The position numbers and the translations under genes were made by a program. The notes beneath the pieces are model-generated. The model was not told where the DNA came from. It saw only the letters and a list, made by a program, of their open reading frames with translations, and searched no databases. 32,000 nt of DNA from Promethearchaeia archaeon (GTDB lineage: Archaea > Asgardarchaeota > Lokiarchaeia > Sigyniarchaeales > SOKP01), in contig JAWOFX010000044.1 in assembly GCA_046497275.1 (NCBI GenBank), positions 1 to 32,000 on the forward strand. Direction: 5' to 3'. Below are positions 8,925-15,518 of this stretch, piece after piece. Position 1 is the stretch's first letter. Each line of letters starts with the position of its first letter.

Positions 8925-9278
8925 ATTAAAATAACTCTTACAGAAGATGCTAAAGAAATAATTAAGGAACAGAGCAAAAAGATTCGTGAAAGAGAAAAAA
9001 TACAAAACATAGTATTAGCGATTTATCAATACACGAGTGGATCTTGATCTGGATATTTTTGCATGGATCTTGTTCAAATGGCAGACAAACGAGACGTTGA
9101 AAAAAATAGGAACTTCAAATATATGACAAATAATAATGGAATTGAAATTTATATAGAAAAAGATACCCTAAGCACTTTAAATTCAATTGAGGAACTAATA
9201 ATCGATGGAAAAGGAATCGAAAGATATGGTCAAAAAACTGCTCGACTTACCTTAATTAAAAATTACTTAAAAAAATGA
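8925..9278 (+). CDS. HesB-like putative selenoprotein 2, about 117 aa, Sec at codon 41 (TGA 9045-9047); probable ATT start
   Basis: Translation through the TGA: (M)KITLTEDAKEIIKEQSKKIREREKIQNIVLAIYQYTSGS-U-SGYFCMDLVQMADK...IEIYIEKD...ELIIDG...NYLKK*. The KITLTEDAKEII N-terminus is characteristic of HesB-like proteins. TGA aligns with that of paralog 1. SECIS-like hairpin follows. Start codon uncertain: no in-frame ATG/GTG/TTG upstream of the TGA. Confidence 0.8.
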
Positions 9279-9310
9279 TCTAATCTTACAAATATTAGAA
9301 GATTAGTGAT
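9275..9310 (+). ncRNA. Eukaryote-type SECIS element 2 (overlaps terminal stop codon)
   Basis: A-UGA-U (9275-9279), perfect stem CUAAUCUU (9280-9287) with AAGAUUAG (9299-9306), 11-nt loop ACAAAUAUUAG, then U-GA-U (9307-9310). Confidence 0.82.
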
Positions 9311-9314
9311 TTTT

Positions 9315-9335
9315 CAGGTTGCGCCTGTTTTTTTT
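9315..9335 (+). terminator. Hairpin CAGG-UUGCG-CCUG followed by an 8-T run, after SECIS 2
   Basis: 4-bp stem plus T-tract 9328-9335, in the gap before the convergent aconitase stop. Confidence 0.45.
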
Positions 9336-9418
9336 AAATAAATGTGATTTATTCACATTCTTCTTTTATTTTTAATATAATATGAATATCGTAAAGAAGA
9401 AATGAAAAATAAACAATT

Positions 9419-11344
9419 TTATTTTTGTTTGTTTCTGATATATGGCAATTTTCCGCCAGCTCTTAAAATCTCAGTCATTCTATTACTTAAATTATGAATT
9501 ACAGGTATTTCAGAATTTTGTGTGAGATTATGTACCATTAATTCTCTTTTCTCAAGAGATTCTAATTCAATTTCTATCTCATCGTCTTGATCAATAAGAT
9601 CATAATCATTCAATCTCTGAAAAGTTAAAGGCACAATTCCGAAATTAACAAGATTATCTAAATGGATTCTTGCAAACGATTTGGCAATAATCGCTTTAAT
9701 TCCCAAATATTTAGGAGCTATTGCAGCATGTTCTCGACTTGAACCTTGACCATAATTTTCTCCTCCTATAATAAATCCTCCATCACTTTCCAATGCTCTT
9801 TTTGAAAAGCTTGGGTCTATAGGATTGAAAACATATTGACTAATCTCGGGAATGTTACTTCTCAAAGGTAGAATTTTTGCTCCCGCAGGCATTATATGAT
9901 CCGTTGTAATATTATCTTCTACTTTAAGTAATACTTTTCCCTCCAATTTGGCAGCTAACGGAGGAAATTCCGGTAGAGATTTTATATTAGGCCCTCTGAC
10001 AATTTGTACATCTTTGGCCTCCCTAGGAGGTAAAGGGGGGATGATCATATTATCATTCACAATGAATTTTTTAGACATTTGTATTTTAGGAAACTCACCA
10101 AATTTCCGAGGATCTGTTATTATTCCTTCGATTGCAGCCATTGCAGCAGTCTCAGGACTTACAAGATATACGCTAGCACTTTTCGTTCCAGATCTGCCAA
10201 GAAAATTTCTATTAAATGTCCTTAAAGACACAGCATCACTTTTAGGAGCTAATCCTTGACCAAGACATGGTCCACAAGCATTTTCAAGGATCCTTGCTCC
10301 AGCTTCAATAAAATAGGCCATTTCTCCAGAACGAATCATATGGTTCACTACTTGACGAGATCCTGGAGAAATTGTAAGGACGGTATGTTGACTGATTGTT
10401 TTGTTTTTAAGCATATTAGCAGCAATTTTTAAGTCTCTTAGAGAAGAATTTGTACAACTGCCAATACAAACTTGATCAACATTCAATCCTTCAATTTCAT
10501 GTATTGGTTTAACATTCCCAGGACTATGAGGTTCAGCTACTAGAGGTTCAAGTTCATCTAAATTAATTTCGATAACATCATCATAGATAGCATCCTTATC
10601 CGGCTCTAATGAGGTCCACACTTCTTCTCTACTTTGTGCTTCTAAAAATACTCTTGTAATTTCATCCGATGGGAAAATTGAAGTTGTTGCTCCTGTTTCT
10701 GTTCCCATATTAGTGATTGTTGCTCTTTCTGGAACAGAAAGTGTACTAATACCCGGACCAGTATATTCTAATATCTTATTTACCGCTCCTTTCACGCCTA
10801 TTCTTCTTAAAACTTCTAAAATAATATCTTTTGCTGAAACAAATTCAGTCAATCTTCCAGTTAAACGTACATTAACAATTTCTGGCATTCTAAGATAGAA
10901 AGGCTCTCCTGCCATAGCAGCAGCAACATCTAACCCTCCTGATCCGATTGCAATCATTCCTATGCCTCCACAAGTGGATGTATGACTATCACTGCCTAAT
11001 AAACTTTTTCCAGGAACAGAGAATCTTTCAAGATGGATTTGATGACATATTCCATTTCCTGGTCGAGAAAAGAATAATCCATATTTAGCAGCAATATTCT
11101 GAAGATATCTATGATCATCTGCATTTCTAAAATCTGTTTGTAGGATATTATGATCCACATAACTTACGGATAATTCCGTTTTTACTCGTGGTACGTCCAT
11201 TTTTTCGAATTGAAGATATGTCAGCGTCCCTGTTGAATCTTGGGTAAGTGTTTGGTCCATTCTTATTCCAATCATTTCACCCTTTTTGGATTCTCCATCG
11301 ATGAGATGATCCTTTAAGAGCTTTTCCGCAAGTGTGTATCCCAT
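9419..11344 (-). CDS. Aconitate hydratase, single-chain about 640-aa type (aconitase family)
   Basis: DQTLTQD, VDHN, GICHQ, GSDSHT, IGSCTN, NACGPCLG, NRNF.GR, ITTDHI and NYGQGSSREHA motifs; three Fe-S ligand cysteines present. Confidence 0.9.
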   Translation of the reverse strand: MGYTLAEKLLKDHLIDGESKKGEMIGIRMDQTLTQDSTGTLTYLQFEKMDVPRVKTELSVSYVDHNILQTDFRNADDHRYLQNIAAKYGLFFSRPGNGICHQIHLERFSVPGKSLLGSDSHTSTCGGIGMIAIGSGGLDVAAAMAGEPFYLRMPEIVNVRLTGRLTEFVSAKDIILEVLRRIGVKGAVNKILEYTGPGISTLSVPERATITNMGTETGATTSIFPSDEITRVFLEAQSREEVWTSLEPDKDAIYDDVIEINLDELEPLVAEPHSPGNVKPIHEIEGLNVDQVCIGSCTNSSLRDLKIAANMLKNKTISQHTVLTISPGSRQVVNHMIRSGEMAYFIEAGARILENACGPCLGQGLAPKSDAVSLRTFNRNFLGRSGTKSASVYLVSPETAAMAAIEGIITDPRKFGEFPKIQMSKKFIVNDNMIIPPLPPREAKDVQIVRGPNIKSLPEFPPLAAKLEGKVLLKVEDNITTDHIMPAGAKILPLRSNIPEISQYVFNPIDPSFSKRALESDGGFIIGGENYGQGSSREHAAIAPKYLGIKAIIAKSFARIHLDNLVNFGIVPLTFQRLNDYDLIDQDDEIEIELESLEKRELMVHNLTQNSEIPVIHNLSNRMTEILRAGGKLPYIRNKQK

Positions 11345-11570
11345 ATTAATTCAAAACTTTCTATTTTATATTTTGATTAATTAGCTAAACTAATACTAAG
11401 GTTCTATTTATATAATTTTTAAGAATTTATACTCAATAAACTAACCTTTTTATTTTATTTAATTTAGAGGAAAATAAAAAATTTATAAGCCTACAGTTTT
11501 TTATAAAAGTTAATTAAATTTATCTAATAAAACTGAAACTTTAAAAAAAACATTACAGTGATTAAGAAAT

Positions 11571-12101
11571 ATGAGAGCTGCTCGTGTGTTCAGATGGACA
11601 GTACGAATCTTTGTTCTCTTTTTGACAGGAACAATGACTGCAGTATCAGTACTGGGAGGTCTTTCAGCGGTTCAAATCTTATCAAATCCGGCGAATATAC
11701 AGATAGCTGATGATCCAGTGTTATTTCAATTTAATTCTACCCAACCCGAAAAAACCAATGTATCAGTTCCTTTTTATTTAAATAACGATGGATATTATAG
11801 TCTCAATGGTCTAAATATTGCTATTAATATAACTTTAGTATATAATAGTACTAGTGAAGAGGCATTTATATTTAGGAAAAATCAAACCTTTCCTAACATA
11901 CCAGCTGGTAGTGTCTTAGATTCTAACTTTGAAGCATTAAATGGAGATGGATTTATTCCAGGAAATTTTCCAGAATCATTTGACGATCCTAATATTGAAT
12001 TATGGTTTAATATATCGGTTTCTGCCCGTTATTCATTGGATTTATTATCATTTTCAGTTAATATAAACAATTTAAATTTATGGAGTGACACTCTCTATTA
12101 A
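11571..12101 (+). CDS. Hypothetical protein with N-terminal membrane anchor and beta-rich extracellular domain
   Basis: Hydrophobic residues about 10-35, then Asn/Ser/Thr-rich sequence with several NxS/T sequons (NST, NVS, NIT, NQT, NIS). Confidence 0.7.
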   Translation: MRAARVFRWTVRIFVLFLTGTMTAVSVLGGLSAVQILSNPANIQIADDPVLFQFNSTQPEKTNVSVPFYLNNDGYYSLNGLNIAINITLVYNSTSEEAFIFRKNQTFPNIPAGSVLDSNFEALNGDGFIPGNFPESFDDPNIELWFNISVSARYSLDLLSFSVNINNLNLWSDTLY

Positions 12102-12107
12102 ATTAGG

Positions 12108-12602
12108 ATGATTAAAATGGGCGCAGCAAAAAATATGGTTAAAGGTTTTTTATTTATGATTGGATATGTTGGATTTACCATCATCGTCCCTTTTATAACT
12201 TTTTCTTGGATACGAACTTTAGAAATATCCGGTATCGAACTTGGATTAACTCAACAAGGATATGAAAATATTATCTTTTGGGTGGTAGCGTTCGGTTTAT
12301 TGATAAGCGGATGTTCATTTTTCACGTATTCTGCACCAAAACAGTCAATTCGAAAGGGAGTGTTCGCTTTAATTCAAATTATCCTAAATTGTATGTATCT
12401 CTGGAGCTATAAATTTTCAGGTGCGACTGCCGTTGAATTTGAAATTATTTTATATGATGGATTTGTGACGATTAATCTGGAACAAATGGTATTGATATAT
12501 ATGGGTATTTACTTTCTAACTATTGCCATAAAGATCTATGACCTTGTTGACTTTACAATTAATAGAGATAAAATACGACAAAAAAGGTGGGGGAGAGAAT
12601 AA
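12108..12602 (+). CDS. Hypothetical integral membrane protein (about 4 TM); start possibly ATG 12117
   Basis: Four hydrophobic stretches; starts 6 nt after the upstream stop. Confidence 0.7.
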   Translation: MIKMGAAKNMVKGFLFMIGYVGFTIIVPFITFSWIRTLEISGIELGLTQQGYENIIFWVVAFGLLISGCSFFTYSAPKQSIRKGVFALIQIILNCMYLWSYKFSGATAVEFEIILYDGFVTINLEQMVLIYMGIYFLTIAIKIYDLVDFTINRDKIRQKRWGRE

Positions 12603-13018
12603 AAATGCTATTTCAATCACTTGATTTCCTGCAAACCATCGCAAATATTTTTGGTACGATATTAACCTATTTAGGTCCAATTGTGAGTCCAATAGGAGAA
12701 TTCATGGTATTTTGGATTAGTTATGCTTTAGAATGGTTTCCTGATGACGACTGGACTATCTATATAGTGATTTTTGTTATCCTTATTATAGCAGGTATTA
12801 TTATCAATTGTTACTGGCCCGGAGATAAACCACCTAAGAAAGGGGAATTAAAAGAGAAAGAGCCAACTAAAGAAGAAAAAACTGATTTTAAAGAAGCTTC
12901 TTCTTTTGAGGACGAAGAACCTAAGTTTGAGACCGAAGATGACCTTCTGACTGAAGAGGATGAACTTAATTCTGATTTTGATGAAGATCTTTTACCCGAA
13001 GAAGAAAATAACAAATAA
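12587..13018 (+). CDS. Hypothetical membrane protein with very acidic C-terminal tail; start probably ATG 12605
   Basis: Hydrophobic N-terminal half, then a D/E-rich tail; ATG 12605 lies 2 nt after the upstream stop. Confidence 0.65.
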   Translation: MGERIKMLFQSLDFLQTIANIFGTILTYLGPIVSPIGEFMVFWISYALEWFPDDDWTIYIVIFVILIIAGIIINCYWPGDKPPKKGELKEKEPTKEEKTDFKEASSFEDEEPKFETEDDLLTEEDELNSDFDEDLLPEEENNK

Positions 13019-13055
13019 GAATAAGAAAAAACTAAATTAAATTTTAATTTTCCTT

Positions 13056-13685
13056 TTATTTTTTATATTTAATTAATAGTTCGGCAACTCTTTTTCCTAA
13101 ATTAATTGCTATAATTCCCGCTAGTTCATCTGTTTCCTCTTTTCGCAAAAACTCCTTTCTTCCATATTTTTGGAGTGAAGTGACAGGAATATTTTGCTCT
13201 AAGACCGGATTACCAAGTGCACCTACGATTATCATCCCCTGAATTATTGCGAAGTTAATTAAATCAGAAATAACACCCCCCGCAGCGTCATTTCTCGTGC
13301 CAATTGCGACTAAGGGTGCAAATATGATATTTTTTAATCGGTATTTATCCATTTTCCAAGGGCGAGAACGATCAATTAGAACTTTGAGTTGTGATGAAAC
13401 ACTTCCAAAATAGCTCGGTGAGGCAATTAATATAGCATCTGAATCCAGCAAAGTCTCTTCCAGCTTCTTCATATCATCATTTTCCGATAAAGGACATTCA
13501 TAAGGGTCTCTAAGACATTGATCACAGCCTGTACAAGCGCTAATTTCAAAATCTCCGATATATAGTTTATTAATTGATATCTCTTCCGAAATTACTCTTA
13601 TTCCTTCAATTGCTTTTTCAATTAAAAAATTGCAACTCTTATTTTTACGTGGAGAACCCACAATAAGACTTATTTTAAATGTCAT
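13056..13685 (-). CDS. Iron-sulfur flavoprotein (Isf) / NADPH-dependent FMN reductase family
   Basis: GSPRK, CTGCDQC-x6-C cluster motif, ASPSYFGSVSSQLK..IDR. Confidence 0.88.
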   Translation of the reverse strand: MTFKISLIVGSPRKNKSCNFLIEKAIEGIRVISEEISINKLYIGDFEISACTGCDQCLRDPYECPLSENDDMKKLEETLLDSDAILIASPSYFGSVSSQLKVLIDRSRPWKMDKYRLKNIIFAPLVAIGTRNDAAGGVISDLINFAIIQGMIIVGALGNPVLEQNIPVTSLQKYGRKEFLRKEETDELAGIIAINLGKRVAELLIKYKK

Positions 13686-13801
13686 ATAATTGGAGAATTT
13701 ATGAAAGTATTAAATTTTTCGTTATCATATTCAATGCATCGTATATTATTATCAAAATCAACAAGAAATCTTCTCAAAATGAATATAAAAATCAAATTAT
13801 C

Positions 13802-14725
13802 TTATAATCCACGATAAAACTCAGGTCGTAAAACTTCTTTATGTGAGAGTCCATATTGTAGAGTATCTAAGATCTTTTGTTTATCTTTTTCAAGAATCCC
13901 TTTTATAGGAAGATAATTTGATGCATGATTGGATCTAAACACACAATGGGCTTTTTTATTAGGAAAATTTATATTTTCGATAAATATTTTCAATTCTCTT
14001 AAGATTTGCTCTGATGACATCTCTTCAAACATTCCATTCTGCTTTCTTTTAAACATCTCTGTGCCAGGTGGTACCATCAGACTTAAAAATGCGATATACC
14101 AAATTCTCTCATCTTCTGGACATATTTTATTCACTAAATCTGCGGATTCTATAGCGTGTTTTTTTGAAAGTTCGGGATTATTTGCTCCCCCCAATCCATT
14201 TATAAAAGTTGCCGAAAGTGTAATATTAGCTTTGAACAATTTTTTTGAAGCTTTAATATGATCTTCTTTTAATGCGTGTTTATGCACGTTCTCTAAAAGT
14301 TCATTATAACCTGATTCAAATCCGACATATGCAATCTTCAATCCAGCATCGAATAGTGCTTTTAATTGTTCATCTGTTTTTTTAATAATATCTTTGGAAT
14401 GAGCATATACACCACATCGCTCTAAATGTGGAAATATCTCATATGCATATTTTGTTACATCTAATAATTTTTTAACAGGGGTAACCATTGCGTTTCCGTC
14501 TAAGAAAAAGATTCTTCTAACATTTGGTCCATATTGATTTCTCGCAGCATCAAGATCTTGCTTTACTTTAATAACCTCTCTTACTTTAAACTGTTTTCTT
14601 AAGTTTGACATGCAGAAATCGCATTTGTAAGTACATCCTTCCGTAAGCTGAATCAATAATGAATTACCTTCTGAGGGAGGTCTGAATACGGGTCTACAAT
14701 AATAAATATCACCATTATCAGACAT
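13802..14725 (-). CDS. Radical SAM protein of unknown function (RPPxE family), paralog A
   Basis: RPPSE, CTYKCDFC (CX3CX2C), FFLDGNA, AYVGFESG, RSNHASNY. Confidence 0.88.
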   Translation of the reverse strand: MSDNGDIYYCRPVFRPPSEGNSLLIQLTEGCTYKCDFCMSNLRKQFKVREVIKVKQDLDAARNQYGPNVRRIFFLDGNAMVTPVKKLLDVTKYAYEIFPHLERCGVYAHSKDIIKKTDEQLKALFDAGLKIAYVGFESGYNELLENVHKHALKEDHIKASKKLFKANITLSATFINGLGGANNPELSKKHAIESADLVNKICPEDERIWYIAFLSLMVPPGTEMFKRKQNGMFEEMSSEQILRELKIFIENINFPNKKAHCVFRSNHASNYLPIKGILEKDKQKILDTLQYGLSHKEVLRPEFYRGL

Positions 14726-14731
14726 GATTAT

Positions 14732-15424
14732 CTATTTTTTTTTAAATTCTTCTAAATCTATTTTCCCTTCCATATATAATTCTTCTTTTTCTTCGTCAGC
14801 TTCATCTGGTCTATCATCACAGTATGGTAAATGCCGACTTAGTCTGACATACTCATTACCACAATAAGGACAGGGAATAGTTTCTTTTTCCTGCTTTTTT
14901 TCTTTCTTTTTCTTAGATTTTCGAGGTCTAGTGGGAATATAATCATCTAGATCTACATCTTCAGGAGCAAATTCACATTCTGTAATATGTGCCGCTAAAT
15001 TATCAAATGTTTCTCCACAAAAGGGACATTCTACTGCGAAATCCTCACTTTCATCGATCCCTTTCCCTGTTTTTCTCTTTTCAAACCTTTCTGGAATTTC
15101 CTCTTCTTCTTCCTCGAATTCTTCAACAGATAAGTCAATCTCCTCCTCCTCTTCCATTTCTGCAAGTTTTAATTCCTCGGCTTCCTTTTCTTTAATGAGT
15201 TTTTCTGCTTTTAATTTACTTTCTTGATATATATCTGAAACTTTTTGATTTGTTTGAGAATAAAGTGAGCAAACTTGACAAACATATGCTTTGGTACCTA
15301 ATACAAGATCTCTCTCTGGACAATAAGCTAGAGGTTGCAAACTACTAGAAATATTACCTAATGGTTCAAGATGCTTACAAGCATTTTTTCTGATATATTT
15401 TAGTTTTTGTTTTCTTCTTGGCAT
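14732..15424 (-). CDS. Multi-zinc-finger protein with acidic linkers (N-terminal 4-Cys cluster plus two C-x2-C-x9-H-x3-C fingers)
   Basis: CPFCGETFDNLAAHITEC and CPYCGNEYVRLSRHLPYC; poly-Glu tracts; N-terminal C...C...CQVC. Confidence 0.8.
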   Translation of the reverse strand: MPRRKQKLKYIRKNACKHLEPLGNISSSLQPLAYCPERDLVLGTKAYVCQVCSLYSQTNQKVSDIYQESKLKAEKLIKEKEAEELKLAEMEEEEEIDLSVEEFEEEEEEIPERFEKRKTGKGIDESEDFAVECPFCGETFDNLAAHITECEFAPEDVDLDDYIPTRPRKSKKKKEKKQEKETIPCPYCGNEYVRLSRHLPYCDDRPDEADEEKEELYMEGKIDLEEFKKK

Positions 15425-15518
15425 TGTATATCACTAAAAAGTAGTAATTAAAAAAATGAATTATAAAATAAAATTTTTATGATTAAAATATGATAATTGA
15501 TTCTATATCAATTATAAA

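Noticed and set aside
8451-9047. In-frame TGAs as nonsense mutations (pseudogenes) or as UGA=Trp/Gly reassignment
   Set aside because: Two highly diverged paralogs have TGA at the same column and both carry SECIS-type hairpins. Other genes use TGA as a stop, and no other intact gene contains in-frame TGA.
9043-9055. CTTGATCTGGATA resembles part of the TPP riboswitch consensus
   Set aside because: Lies inside a coding region across the Sec codon; the CUGAGA and AGCGUAGGGA elements are absent.
8484-9278. ORF-track starts at 8484 (GTG) and 9063 (ATG) as real gene starts
   Set aside because: They lack SD motifs, and they drop the conserved N-terminal third and the Cys motif; the SD-like sequences lie at 8318 and 8911.
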